Shown here piece by piece: positions 44,275 to 55,253 of a DNA stretch of 64,000 bases. Position numbers and translations under genes: made by a program. The first letter of the stretch is position 1. Each line of letters opens with the position of its first letter. The notes under the pieces are model-generated. The model saw nothing but the letters and a program-made list of their open reading frames with translations, was not told the origin of the DNA and did not search any database. The stretch comes from an uncultured Candidatus Rokubacteria bacterium (lineage in GTDB: Bacteria; Methylomirabilota; Methylomirabilia; Rokubacteriales; CSP1-6), in assembly GCA_963762145.1 (NCBI GenBank), contig CAVXJS010000009.1, positions 544,001-608,000 of the forward strand. Reading direction: 5' to 3'.

Positions 44275-45024
44275 CTAGTGGAAGAAGACCCCGCCGTCGA
44301 TGTTGAGGACCTGCCCGGTCACGCTGTCCGTCCGGCAGAACGCGGCCACCTGATCCGCGACGTCCTCCACACTCGCCGCGCGCTTGAGCACGGCGCGCTG
44401 GCGCGCCCCGTCGGCCAGCTCGGGTCGAAGCCGTGAGGTCATCCGCGTCCCCTCCATCAGCCCCGGCGCCACGCAGTTCACGCTGACCTGGGGCGCGAGC
44501 GCCACCGCGAGGCAGCGCGTGAGATGGATGAGCCCGGCCTTGCTCGTCGCGTAGGCGATGCTGCTGCCCCCCGGATTGAGCCCGGCGACCGAGGCGATGT
44601 TGACGATGCGGCCGGAGCCGCTCGCCTTCAAGTGCGGAGCGGCCGCCCGGCACAGCAGGTAGGGGCCGCGCAGGTTCGTCGAGAAGAGCCGGTCCCAGGT
44701 CGGCGCGTCGAGCGCTTCCAGATCCGGGAACGGGATGCTGATGTTCCACGCCGCGTTGTTGACCAGCGCATCGAGGCGGCCGAACTGGCGCACCACCGCC
44801 TCGATGGCGGGCGCGATCGCGGCGGCGTCGGTCTGGTCCAGCGCGATGCTCCACGCCTTGCGTCCGAGCCCTTCGACCGCGGCGCAGGTCTCCCTGGCGG
44901 CGTCCTTGCGCTCGAGGTAGGTGATGGCGACGTGAGCGCCCTCCTTCGCGAGGGCCCGCGCGATGGCGATGCCGAGCGTTCCGGTGCCGCCCGCCACCAG
45001 GGCGACGCGATCCTTGAGGTCCAT
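44275..45024 (-). CDS. Short-chain dehydrogenase/reductase
   Basis: AGGTGTLG, LVNNAA, YATSK, VNCVAPG, TGQVLNIDGG. Confidence 0.92.
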   Translation of the reverse strand: MDLKDRVALVAGGTGTLGIAIARALAKEGAHVAITYLERKDAARETCAAVEGLGRKAWSIALDQTDAAAIAPAIEAVVRQFGRLDALVNNAAWNISIPFPDLEALDAPTWDRLFSTNLRGPYLLCRAAAPHLKASGSGRIVNIASVAGLNPGGSSIAYATSKAGLIHLTRCLAVALAPQVSVNCVAPGLMEGTRMTSRLRPELADGARQRAVLKRAASVEDVADQVAAFCRTDSVTGQVLNIDGGVFFH

Positions 45025-45076
45025 GGCGCCATAGCCTACCAGAATCGGCCTGCGGGGAACGGCCGACGTCCCGGGC

Positions 45077-45105
45077 TTGAAGCGGTCGGGGCGCGGCCGT
45101 ACACT
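45077..45105 (+). promoter_or_regulatory. Putative sigma70 promoter of the amidohydrolase gene
   Basis: TTGAAG-N17-TACACT, 9 nt before ATG. Confidence 0.5.
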
Positions 45106-45114
45106 CGCCCGGTC

Positions 45115-46302
45115 ATGGCCGAGCTGCTCCTCCGCAACGTGCGCCCGCTGGGCGGCCCCGCCGCCGACGTGCTGGTCCGCGACGGAGCCATCACGCGCAT
45201 CGCCCCCGGCATCGAGCCCGCGCCGGACGCCACCGTGATCGACGGCGCCAACGGCATCCTGTTGCCCGGTCTGGTCGACGCACACATGCACCTCGACAAG
45301 ACCTTCTGGGGGCTGCCGTGGCGTGCCCACGAGGCCGGGCCCACCACGATCGAGCGCATCGAGAACGAGCGGCGCCTCCGGCGGGAGCTGCGGCTGCCCG
45401 CCGACGTACAGGCGGAGCGGCTGGTACGGCAGGCGGTGAGCCGCGGCACGGTGCACATCCGGACCCACGTGGACGTGGACACCGAGATCGGCCTGCGCAA
45501 CTTCGAGGGCGTCATGACCGCACGGAGCCGCCTCCGGGACTCGGTCTCGATCCAGGTCGTGGCGTTCCCGCAGAGCGGCGTGGTCAGCCGGCCGGGCACC
45601 GCGGAGCTGCTCGAGCGCGCGGTGAAGGACGGCGCCGAGCTGATCGGCGGCGTGGATCCCACCGGGATCGATCAGGACGCCAAGGGCCAGCTCGACGTGG
45701 TCTTCGGCATCGCGGGACGCTACGGGGCGGGCGTGGACATCCACCTGCACGATCCCGGCGAGCCGGGCGCGGCGCAGATCCGCATGATCGCCGAGCGGAC
45801 ACGGGCGCTCGGGCTGGGTGGCAAGGTCGCGGTGAGCCACGCGTTCTGCCTCGGCATGGTGGACGAGCCCGAGGTCGCGCGGCTCGTCGACCTCCTTCGC
45901 GAGGACCGGATCGCGATCATGACGACCGCGCCGGGCGACCGGCCGACGCCGCCGGTGAGGCGGCTGCGGGAAGCGGGCGTCGCGGTGGGTGCGGGATCCG
46001 ACGGCGTGCGTGACGCGTGGACGCCCTTCGGCAATGCGGACATGCTCGAGCGCGCGATGCTGATCGCCTACCGCAACGGCTTCCGCACCGACGCGCTGGT
46101 CCACGGCGCGCTCGACGTCGTCACGCGGGGCAACGCGGCGGTCCTCGGCCTCGCGCGCTACGGCCTCTCGGTCGGCGACCGCGCCGACTTCGTGGTGCTC
46201 CCGGGCGAGACGCTCGGCGAGCTGGTGGCGATGCGCCCGCCCCGCGCCTGGGTGATCGGCGGCGGCCGGATCATCGCCCGGGATGGACGATGCGTTCTCT
46301 GA
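45115..46302 (+). CDS. Metal-dependent amidohydrolase (cytosine/creatinine deaminase-like)
   Basis: PGLVDAHMHLDK, IRTHVD, VAFPQ, DIHLHD, VSHA, GSDGVRD. Confidence 0.9.
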   Translation: MAELLLRNVRPLGGPAADVLVRDGAITRIAPGIEPAPDATVIDGANGILLPGLVDAHMHLDKTFWGLPWRAHEAGPTTIERIENERRLRRELRLPADVQAERLVRQAVSRGTVHIRTHVDVDTEIGLRNFEGVMTARSRLRDSVSIQVVAFPQSGVVSRPGTAELLERAVKDGAELIGGVDPTGIDQDAKGQLDVVFGIAGRYGAGVDIHLHDPGEPGAAQIRMIAERTRALGLGGKVAVSHAFCLGMVDEPEVARLVDLLREDRIAIMTTAPGDRPTPPVRRLREAGVAVGAGSDGVRDAWTPFGNADMLERAMLIAYRNGFRTDALVHGALDVVTRGNAAVLGLARYGLSVGDRADFVVLPGETLGELVAMRPPRAWVIGGGRIIARDGRCVL

Positions 46303-47099
46303 GGGCCCTCCCCGGGGCTCTCGTCACTCTCTACCTGCTAGGAGCTTGCCCCACCATGGCATCGATCTCTCCGGCTGTCCGCTCCGACCTCGCGCCGACC
46401 GGCACGATGCGCGTCGGCATCAACCACGGCAACCTGGTGCTCGCCCAGAAGAACGCCACCACCGGCGAGGTGAAGGGCGTCGCGGTGGACCTGGCCCACG
46501 AGCTGGGCCGCCGGCTCGGCGTGCCGGTCGGGCTGGTCCAGTACGGCTCGGCCGGCCAGATGACGGACGCGCTCGCCACCGGGGCGTGGGACGTCGCGTT
46601 CCTGGCGCGCGAGGCGGGCCGCGCGGGCGAGATCGGCTTCACCGCGCCGCACCTGCTGATCGAGGGCACCTACCTGATCCCGGCCGGCGCGCCCTACACC
46701 CGCGTCCCCGACGTCGATCGCGCCGGCGTGCGCATCGCGGTCTCCGAGAAGAGCGCCTACGACCACTACCTCACCCGCAACATCAAGCAGGCCACGCTGG
46801 TGCGTGCACCCGGCAACAGCGCCGGGGTCGGCCTCGTGCAGGGCGGCAAGGCCGACGTCATCGCCGGGGTGCGCCAGCTCCTCCTGATGGATCAGGCCAA
46901 GCTGCCCGGCTCGAAGGTGCTCGACGACCGCTTCATGGTGATCGAGCAGGCGATGGGCCTGCCCAAGGGCCGCGACGCGGGCCTCGCCTACGCCAGGGCC
47001 TTCATCGAGGAGATGAAGGCCTCCGGCTTCGTCGCGCAGGCCCTGGAGAAGTCCGGCGTGCGCGGCGTCCCGGTCGCCCCGCCCGAACCCGCGGGCTGA
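46290..47099 (+). CDS. Amino-acid-type (family 3) ABC substrate-binding protein, possible lipoprotein
   Basis: LAPTGTMRVGINHGN, WDVAFLA, IEGTYL, EMKASGFV; possible lipobox LLGAC; alternative start 46356. Confidence 0.85.
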   Translation: MRSLRALPGALVTLYLLGACPTMASISPAVRSDLAPTGTMRVGINHGNLVLAQKNATTGEVKGVAVDLAHELGRRLGVPVGLVQYGSAGQMTDALATGAWDVAFLAREAGRAGEIGFTAPHLLIEGTYLIPAGAPYTRVPDVDRAGVRIAVSEKSAYDHYLTRNIKQATLVRAPGNSAGVGLVQGGKADVIAGVRQLLLMDQAKLPGSKVLDDRFMVIEQAMGLPKGRDAGLAYARAFIEEMKASGFVAQALEKSGVRGVPVAPPEPAG

Positions 47100-47149
47100 C
47101 CGCACGTCGCCGAGCGCCCAGTCCCGGCGGGTCCCGGCAGGTGGTTCGA

Positions 47150-47217
47150 GCGCGGGCTACGCCCGCGCACCCGATCTTGGGGGGAGGTCCGGAAGGGGGG
47201 CAAAGCCCCCCTCCGGA
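47150..47217. repeat. Double-hairpin intergenic element (family C) between convergent genes
   Basis: GCGCGGGC-TAC-GCCCGCGC then TCCGGA(A)GGGGGGC-AAA-GCCCCCCTCCGGA; single copy in this window. Confidence 0.55.
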
Positions 47218-47218
47218 T

Positions 47219-47584
47219 TTAGACCAGGGGGACGATCGCGTAGAAACGCGGGGTCGCTCCGACCGCGCGGGTGACGTGGCCCCGGCCGGTGAGATCCTCG
47301 GCCAGCAGCACGTCGCCCGGCCCGACGCGGACGACGGTGCCGTCGCCCACCTCGATCTCCGCCTGCCCGGACAGCGTGATCGAGTACTGCCGCCGCGGCG
47401 CGCAGTGCCAGTCGAGCACGTAACCCGGCGGAGCCACCCGGAACGCGAGGCCCGCGACGGCCTGCATCGGCGTGCCTTCTCCGTGCGCGCCCTCGGTATC
47501 GGTGAAGGGCTTCATGGCGAGCGGCATCTCCTCGACATGCGACTGCCCGTCCGCGCCGCTGTAGACCCGCCAGATTTTCGGCAT
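47219..47584 (-). CDS. Small cupin-fold protein
   Basis: YSGADGQSH, WHCAPRRQY, EIEVGDG, AEDLTGRGH. Confidence 0.8.
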   Translation of the reverse strand: MPKIWRVYSGADGQSHVEEMPLAMKPFTDTEGAHGEGTPMQAVAGLAFRVAPPGYVLDWHCAPRRQYSITLSGQAEIEVGDGTVVRVGPGDVLLAEDLTGRGHVTRAVGATPRFYAIVPLV

Positions 47585-47614
47585 GCGATCCCTCCGTGGG
47601 AAGCTCGGTGAGCG

Positions 47615-48352
47615 CTAGAACTGCACGCGGCGCAGGACGGCGCGCGGCAGGGCGCGGATGACCAGCATGATCCACCGCCAGATACCCGGCGCATAGACCT
47701 GGTGGCGGCCCCGGTCGATGGCCCGCACCACCGCGGCGGCCACCGCCTCCGGCTCGCCCGCGAAGGGTGGGACGGGCAGCCCCGCCGTCATCGCGGTCCG
47801 GACGAACCCGGGCTTCACGCACAGCACGCGCACGCCGCGCTCGCGATACGCCAGGTCGAGGCCGTCGAGGAACACCGAGAGCCCGGCCTTCGACGCCCCG
47901 TAGAGATAGTTGCTTCGCCGGGCCCGGTCGCCCGCCACGCTGCTGAACGCGCAGACGAGTCCCCCGCCCTGCGCGGCCAGCCGTACCGCGGCCTGCTGGC
48001 AGAGCAGCACCGTGCCCGTGAAGTTGATCTCGAGCAGCGCGGCCAGGCGCGCGGGATCGGCGGCCAGATCCTCCTGCCGGCCGAAGGCGCCTCCGGTGAC
48101 CACGAGGGCGTCGAGGCCGCCCAGTGCGCGATGGGCCGCGTCGAGCGCCTCGGGGAATCCGACCGGCCGGCCCAGGTCGAGCGGGGCGTGACCCACCGGC
48201 GCGCGCAGCCCGCGCGCCTCCAGGTCGCGCGCGGACAGCGCCATCTCGGCCGCGTCGCGGCCCAGCAGGAAGAGCGCGTCGCCCCGCTCGGCGAGCCGCC
48301 GCGCCAGCGCGCGGCCCATGCCCCGGGTCGCGCCGACGAAGGCCACCTTCAC
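47615..48352 (-). CDS. dprE2: DprE2-like SDR (decaprenylphosphoryl-2-keto-pentose reductase-like)
   Basis: [47 protein letters not shown]; coupled to dprE1-like gene. Confidence 0.8.
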   Translation of the reverse strand: MKVAFVGATRGMGRALARRLAERGDALFLLGRDAAEMALSARDLEARGLRAPVGHAPLDLGRPVGFPEALDAAHRALGGLDALVVTGGAFGRQEDLAADPARLAALLEINFTGTVLLCQQAAVRLAAQGGGLVCAFSSVAGDRARRSNYLYGASKAGLSVFLDGLDLAYRERGVRVLCVKPGFVRTAMTAGLPVPPFAGEPEAVAAAVVRAIDRGRHQVYAPGIWRWIMLVIRALPRAVLRRVQF

Positions 48353-49690
48353 GCGCGGTCCCCGAGGAGCCGGACGGACTGCGCGGAGCGGAAGCGGTGG
48401 TCCGGATCCCAGCGGTCGCGCACCGCGCGCCACTCGGCGAGGCGCGGCATCATCCGCGCGAAATCCTCGGCCCGGGTCACCGCGTCCTTGGCGAGATAGA
48501 CCCGCCCGCCGTGGGCGATCACCATCGCGTTCAGCTCGTGGATCAGCGCCTCGGAAGCGGCGCCGCGATACGGCAGGTCGAGGGCCAGCGTGGTGCCTTC
48601 GATCGGAAAGGACAGATAGGCGTCCGAGGCGGGACCGCAGTCCTTGATCACGGCCAGGAACGACGCCGCGCCGGCCGCGGCCAGCCGGTCGAGGATCGCG
48701 ACGAGCGGGGCGGCGCCCGCCGCGCGCGGCAGCACGCACTGGTACTGGAGGAATCCCCGGCGTCCGTAGAGCCGGTTCCATTGCCCCACCGCGTCGAGCG
48801 GGTAGAAGAACCGGTCGCAGGAGACCACCCGCCGCTTGAGCGTCCCGCCGTGCAGCCGGTAGTAGCCGTAGTTGAACCAGCGCATGAAGAGCGGGTTCAG
48901 CAGCCACTCCGGAGCGTCCACCGGGACGGCGAGCGGCAGGCCGCGGGGCAGCCGGCGCCCGGCCGCCTCCACCGCGGTCGCGTGGCGGCCGCGCATGAGG
49001 ACGCCGCGGCCCACCGCGCGCCCCTGCGCCAGGCAATCGATCCAGCCGACGGTGTAGGGCCAGTCGTCCGCACTTCGCTTGAGCCCGGCCAGCATGGCCT
49101 CGAGTGAGTCCACGCCCACCGTCTCCAGCACGATCCACGGCGACTCCACCCGGCGGAGCCTCAGCGTGACCTCCACGATCAGGCCGGTGAGCCCCATGCC
49201 CCCCACGGTGGCGAGGAAGAGCTCCCGCTCGAGCGTCGGCCCGCACGGGACGCGCCGGCCGTCGGCGGTGATCAGCACGAGGCGGTCCACGAACTGGCCG
49301 AAGGAGCCGTCGCGGTGGTGATTCTTGCCGTGGACGTCGCAGGCCACGCACGCCCCGACCGTGACGAACTTGGTGCCGGGGGTGACCGGCGGAAACCAGC
49401 CGCGCGGCGCGAACACGCGCAGGATCTCGGCGAGGCTCAGCCCCGCCTCGCAGGTGAGGCGCCCGCTGTCGCCCTCGAACCCCAGGATGCGATCGGCCCG
49501 CGTGCACTCGACCACGATCCCGCCCGGCGCCGCCGGCATCGCCGCGTCGCCGTAGGCGCGGCCCAGGCCTCGCGCGATCACCGGCTCCCCGTCCGCCGGC
49601 AGGGCCGGCGTCGCCCGAGCGGTCCACCCGCGCGCGCCCCACCGGATGGCGGCCCCAGCCCGCGAGCGCCTCCAGCGGCAGCTCGCTCAC
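48349..49690 (-). CDS. dprE1: DprE1-like FAD-binding oxidoreductase (frameshift in 5' end)
   Basis: GWGR, ARGLGRAYGD, PVTPGTKFVTVG, DVHGKNHH, FFYPLD, WNRLYGRRGFLQYQ, GGRVYLAKD. Confidence 0.88.
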
Positions 49691-50598
49691 GGCGTCCAGC
49701 GCGCGAGCCACGCGGACCCCCAGACCGGGCCGTAGATGATCACGAGAAGCGCCAGCATCCAGAGGCCGGTATTGACGAGGAGCGCGCGGTCGTTGAGCAG
49801 GAGGTCGGACGGGTTGCCGCCCATGTCTCGACGGTAGAGCAGGTAGAGATACCGGAAGACGCCGTAGAGCACGAAGGGCAGCGTCACCGGCAGGAGCCGC
49901 GTGTTGAACTTGGCCACCGTCTCCGGGGACATGGTGTAGAGCGCGTAGGCGGTCACGGTGGACGCGGTGACCACCGCCACCATCTGGTCGAGGAAGCTCT
50001 CGCTGTACTCGGCGAGGATGGGCCGATGCGCCGCCGCGTCCCCCTTGAGCGTCCGGTACTCGTGCCGGCGCTTGCCCAGGGCCAGGAAGAGCGCGACCAG
50101 GATCGTGCAGATCACGAGCCAGCCCGAGATCTCGACCGCGATGGCCTCGGCGCCCGCCACCGCGCGGAGCACGAAGCCCGCGGCCACCGTGAGCACGTCG
50201 AGGATCACCAGGTGCTTGAGCCACACCGAGTACGCGGTCAGGAGCGCCGCGTAGGCGGCGGCCGCGAGCCCGAAGCCCCACGCGAGGGAGAAGGCCGCGA
50301 TGAGGCTGCCGACCAGCAGCGCGATGCCGAGCGCGAGGGCCACGGGCACCGGCAGGGCGCCCCGCGCGATGGGCCGGAAGCGCTTCCCGGGATGCAGCCG
50401 GTCCTTCTCCACGTCGGCCACGTCGTTGAACACGTAGATGGCGCCGGAGAGGGCGCAGAAGATCAGGAACGCGCCCAGCGCCGGCCACACGAGCGGGGTG
50501 AACAGGTTCTGCGAGAAGATCAGGCCGGCGAAGACGAAGAGATTCTTCACCCACTGCCGCGGGCGAAGGGAGAGGAGCGCGGCGGTCAGGAGCCTCAC
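49687..50598 (-). CDS. Polyprenyl-phosphate phosphoribosyltransferase (UbiA family, Rv3806c/NoeC type)
   Basis: LRPRQWVKNLFVF, YVFNDVADVEKDRLHPGKRFRPIA, LALGKRRHE, GVFRYL. Confidence 0.88.
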   Translation of the reverse strand: MRLLTAALLSLRPRQWVKNLFVFAGLIFSQNLFTPLVWPALGAFLIFCALSGAIYVFNDVADVEKDRLHPGKRFRPIARGALPVPVALALGIALLVGSLIAAFSLAWGFGLAAAAYAALLTAYSVWLKHLVILDVLTVAAGFVLRAVAGAEAIAVEISGWLVICTILVALFLALGKRRHEYRTLKGDAAAHRPILAEYSESFLDQMVAVVTASTVTAYALYTMSPETVAKFNTRLLPVTLPFVLYGVFRYLYLLYRRDMGGNPSDLLLNDRALLVNTGLWMLALLVIIYGPVWGSAWLARWTP

Positions 50599-50604
50599 GC
50601 GGTC

Positions 50605-51926
50605 TCAGATCGTGATGACGTGACGGAAGGCCCCCTGCGCTCCGGTGGCGTTGCGGGTGTCCAGCACGAGCCGTGCGTCCCGGACCAGCCGCGCCGGCTC
50701 GAACTCGGGATGCGCGGTGAGCACCACCACGAGGTCGTAGGCGGAGAGATCGGCCTGCGCCCACGCCACGCTCTTGAGGAGCTGGCCGCCCACCTCGATC
50801 TGCGGCACCCGGGGATCGGCATAGTCGAGCCGCGCGCCGCGCGCCAGGAGATCCGCGATGATCTCGAGCGCGGGCGAATCACGGATGTCTCCGACGCCCG
50901 CCTTGTACGCCACCCCGAGCGCCAGGATGCGCGAGCCCCTCACCGCCTTCGACCGGTCGTTGAGCGCTTCGGTGGCGAGCTCCACCACGTAGCGGGGCAT
51001 GCCGCCGTTGATCTCGTCCGCGAAAGCGATGAACTTGGCCTCGTAGCCGGCGAGCCGCGTCCGCCAGGAGAGATAGTGCGGGTCGCTCGGCAGGCAGTGG
51101 CCGCCGATCCCGGCCCCGGGGAGAAGGGCATGAACCCGAAGGGCTTGGTGGCGGCCGCGCCGATCACCTCCCAGACCGACATGCCGAGCCGGCGGCACAT
51201 GATGGCCAGCTCGTTGACGAGGGCGATGTTGACGCTGCGGAAGGTGTTCTCGAAGAGCTTCACCATCTCCGCGACCTGCGTGGAGGACACCGGGACGACG
51301 CGGTCGATGATCTGAGCGTAGAGGGTCTCGACCAGATGACGGCACACCGGAGTCACACCGCCCACCACCTTGGGGATGCGCGAGAGCCCCCACGTCTGGT
51401 TCCCGGGATCGATGCGCTCCGGCGAGAACCCGAGGAAGAACTCCTCGCCGACCCGGAGCCCGCGGGCGCTCATGCGCGGCAGCAGCACCTCGTCGGTGGT
51501 ACCGGGATAGGTGGTGGACTCGAGCACCACGAGCGTGCCGGGCCGCAGCACGCGGGCCACGCCGTCGGCCGCCGCCACGATGAAGGAGATGTCGGGCTCC
51601 TTGGACTTTCCGAGCGGCGTGGGCACGCAGATGACGATGGCGTCGGCCTCGCCCAGCGGGTCGGGAGCGGAGTGGATGACGAGGCGCCCGCTCTGCACCA
51701 GCGGCGCCAGCTCCGCGGTGGGCACGTCCTCGACCGGGCTCAGGCCGCCGGCCAGGAGCGTGGTGCGGGCGGGATCGGCGTCCACGCCGACGACCTGAAA
51801 GCCGGCGCGCGCGAAGGCCACCGCGAGCGGCAGCCCGACGTACCCCAGGCCCACCACGCCCACCGTGGCGGAGCGGCTCTTCAGGCGCTCCTCGAGCCGC
51901 GACCCGAGCGCGCCGAGCGCGGTCAT
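50605..51926 (-). CDS. Nucleotide-sugar dehydrogenase (UDP-GlcNAc dehydrogenase WbpA/WecC-like; frameshift near 51120)
   Basis: VGLGYVGLP, ICVPTP, ESTTYPGTT, SPERIDPGN, KLFENTFR, GGHCLP. Confidence 0.92.
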
Positions 51927-53030
51927 CACATCACCTGGGCGAGCGCCCGCTTGATCGCGTCCACCACCTGGTCCACCTCCGGATCCAGGAGCTCGGGGAA
52001 GCACGGCAGGCACAGCACCTCGGCGGCGGCCTGGGTGGCCACCGGGAAATCGCGGTCCGCGTTCGGCTGCGAGAAGAGCGGCTGGGCGGGGATCGTGCTC
52101 GGGTAGTGGACGGCCGTGCCGACCCCCAGTCCGGCGAGGGCCGCCACGAGCGCCTCGCGCTTGGCCGATCGCACCGTGTACTGGTGGTAGATGTGCCGCG
52201 CGGGCGCCCGCTCCACCGGGAGCGCGAGAGGCAGGCCGGCGAGCGCGGTGTCGTAGTGGCGGGCGATCGCGCGGCGCCGCTCGTTCCAGCCGGCCAGGCG
52301 CGGGAGCTTCACGCGCAGCAGCGCGGCCTGCAGCTCGTCGAGCCGGCTGCACCCGCCGAGCTCGACGTGCGTGTACCGGCGGGGCGCGCCGTGGTCGCGG
52401 AGCAGGCGGACGCGCTCGGCCACATCGTCGCGCGTGGTCAGCACCATGCCGCCGTCGCCGCAGGCGCCCAGGTTCTTGGTCGGGTAGAACGACAGCGTGG
52501 TGGCGTCGGCCCACGCGGCCACCGGGCGGCCCGCGTAGGAGGCGCCCACCGACTGCGCCGCATCGGCCACGATCGCGAGGCCGCGCATCCGGGCCAGATC
52601 GCCGAGCGCGTCCATCGCGGCCACCTGCCCGTAGAGGTAGACCGGCACGATGGCGCGGGTGCGCGACGTGATCGCGCGCTCCACCCGGGCCGGATCCAGG
52701 TTGAACGTGTCCGGCTCGATGTCCACGTAGACCGGGGTGGCGCCCGCCATCACGATGGTGGTGGCGGAGGCCACGAAGGAGAACGCGGAGGTGATGACCT
52801 CGTCGCCCGGCTTGACCCCGACCGCCTTGAGCGCGAGCAGCAGGGCGTCGGTGCCGGACCCGGTTCCGACCCCGTGGCGCGCCCCGCACGAGCTCGGCCA
52901 GCTCGCGCTCGAGGCCCTGCCCCTCGGGCCCCAGGACGAATCGGCAGGAGTCGAGCACGCGCGCGGCCGCGGCCATCAGCTCGGCGCGCAGGGACTCGTG
53001 CTGCCGCTTGAGGTCGATCTGGGGAATCAT
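51926..53030 (-). CDS. DegT/DnrJ/EryC1/StrS aminotransferase (frameshift near 52885)
   Basis: IPQIDLKRQ, SGTDAL, DAAQSVG, SFYPTKNLGACGDGG, SRLDELQAA. Confidence 0.92.
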
Positions 53031-55242
53031 CAGAAGCCCGGACGCGCCGAGGTCCCCAGCTGGCCGATGCCGAGCAGGTTGATCGAGACGCGGAACTCGT
53101 TCTCGTCCCCGTGCCGGTTCACGTACTCGGCCAGGATGGACCAGCAGCTGAAGCGCCAATCGATACCCACCCGGTTCTCGATGGCCCGCCCTTTCAGCAC
53201 GTCCCACGCGCTCAGGGTGCGGACGTCGAAGTTGTTCAGCACCTTCACCCACGCTTCCGCTTTCAGGTACTCGCTGCTGCCCTGCTCGTTGAAGCGGGGG
53301 CCCACCGCGACCACGAAGCGCGGATACGTGAGGCGGATATCGGCGTTGGCTTCCCGCAGCCCCAGACCGTAGACATTGTACCGGGCATCGGCGTGGAAGC
53401 CGATCCTTTGGTTCGGGTTGAACGTGAGATCGGCGTAGGTGTCCTTGAACGGCTCGGAGACGGGATTCATGTTGTAGGTCTGGCTGAGGGTGAAGCGAAC
53501 CATCTCCCAGCGCACCGGCTGCGTGTCCGGTCCGGACACCGTCTTGGCGTTCAGGAGTTGGTGAGGTAGTAGGTGACTTCGTTGGCCTTGCCGAGATCAT
53601 CGATGCCGGTTCGCCGCTCGTAGCCGGGATCGATCCCGGAGGAGGTGCTGAAGCCCGGGTCGTACTTGGGATAGTCCTTCTGGTCCCACCCGCGGATCTC
53701 GATGAGCTTCACCCGGGGCTCGATGACGTGCTGGTAGGCCGCGACACTGCCGCTGCCGTCCGTCGTGTAGACGCGTGAGACGCGGCTCTCCACCTCCACC
53801 CCGAACTCCCCCTGTCGTCGGACGCGCGGATCGTACACGGTGTCCTCGACGTTCTGACCGCTGGCCAGCGAGATGTGCTGGTTGACGAGGCGCTGGTCGT
53901 AGTAGGTCAGGCGGCCGCCGATGAACGGAGTGACCGTGAACAGACCGGCCACCGGGATCGGCCGGAGGAGCCGCGGATGAAAGTCGGCCCGGATGCCTCC
54001 GGGCCCGAGGTAGCGGAAGAAGTTGACGAAGCTCGCGTTGGTCTCGTAGAGCAGGCCGGGAACTCCGGGCACCTGCTGCCGGAGGCCGAGGACCCGGATC
54101 TCGGGAATCCGCTGCAGCTCGACGGGGGCCCCGGTGCTGAGGTCCTGGTACCACAACACCCGGCCGACCGCGCTCCAGCTGTCCCAGGTCTGGGTGACGA
54201 ACACGTTCGTCTCGGCCCGCTGGCTGGCGCGCTCCGGGAGCCGGTTGCCGTAGTCGCGAAAGATGAGGTCGTCGGTGACGACGTTCGCGTTGACCTTGAA
54301 CGACAACCGGGAGTTGATCTGCCAGTCGTGGCGAAACGACAGCCAGCCGCGGTTCTCGTTCAGCTTTGGCTCGTCGCGAAGGAACTCGTCCACGCCAAAG
54401 GCCCTCAGCTCACCGCGCTGATCCCGGGACATCACGTAGCGGTAGTCGCCTTCGATCCCGATACCGCGCTTGGTGTAGCCGTCGAGGCTCACCGTGAGGT
54501 CCTGGCTGTCGTTGATCGCCCAGAAGTACGGGACCTTGGTGAAGAATCCCTTGCGCGACGACGTGCCGAACTCCGGGAAGAGGAAGCCCGACTGACGCTC
54601 GCGCCGCAGGGCCGCGGCGAAGAACGGCACCCACGGCAGCACCGGAATGCCCTTCACCCAGAACGAGGCGTCGCGGCCGTAGACGATGTCATCGAGGTCG
54701 GCGGTGCCCTCGCCGAACCGGAACGACCAGGGCGGGTCGTCGCCCTCGCAGGTGGTGAACACCCCGCGCCGCATCTCGTAGACGCTGTCCCCGACGCGGT
54801 CCATCCGGTCTGCCGAGAGGTGGTAGTAGGGCGCCGAGACCGCGGATCCTTTGTGGACTACCCCGGTGCCGGTCTTGAGGTTGTAGTCGATACGCTCGCC
54901 CACCAGGCGGTCCGGCCCGTCGTAGAAGACCACCTTGCCCTGCGCCACCGCCTGGCCGGTATCGCGGTTGAGCTCCACGCGGTCGGCGAGCAGGCGGGTC
55001 TGGCCGCGGATGATCTCCACGTTGCCGATCGCGATGAGCAGGTCGCTCGAGCCGCCCACCTGCTGGAGCTGGTCGGCGATCACGGTGGCTTCCTCGCCGC
55101 CCGCGCGGATGGTCGCGACGCCCGGCTGGGCCCACGCCGAGCCGGCGCCGGCACCCATGACGGCCTCGACCGAGAACAGGACCGCGAGCAGGAGCCCCTT
55201 AGGGCCGGACATCGAGCGGGCGGGGAGCCGGGGAGCCGACAT
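53030..55242 (-). CDS. lptD: LPS assembly protein LptD (frameshift near 53555)
   Basis: OstA-like N-domain (LLADRV, AQGKVVF), FTTCEGDDPPWS, RQSGFLFP, PYFWAINDSQDLT, HVIEP. Confidence 0.88.
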
Positions 55243-55253
55243 GCTCGCCCATG

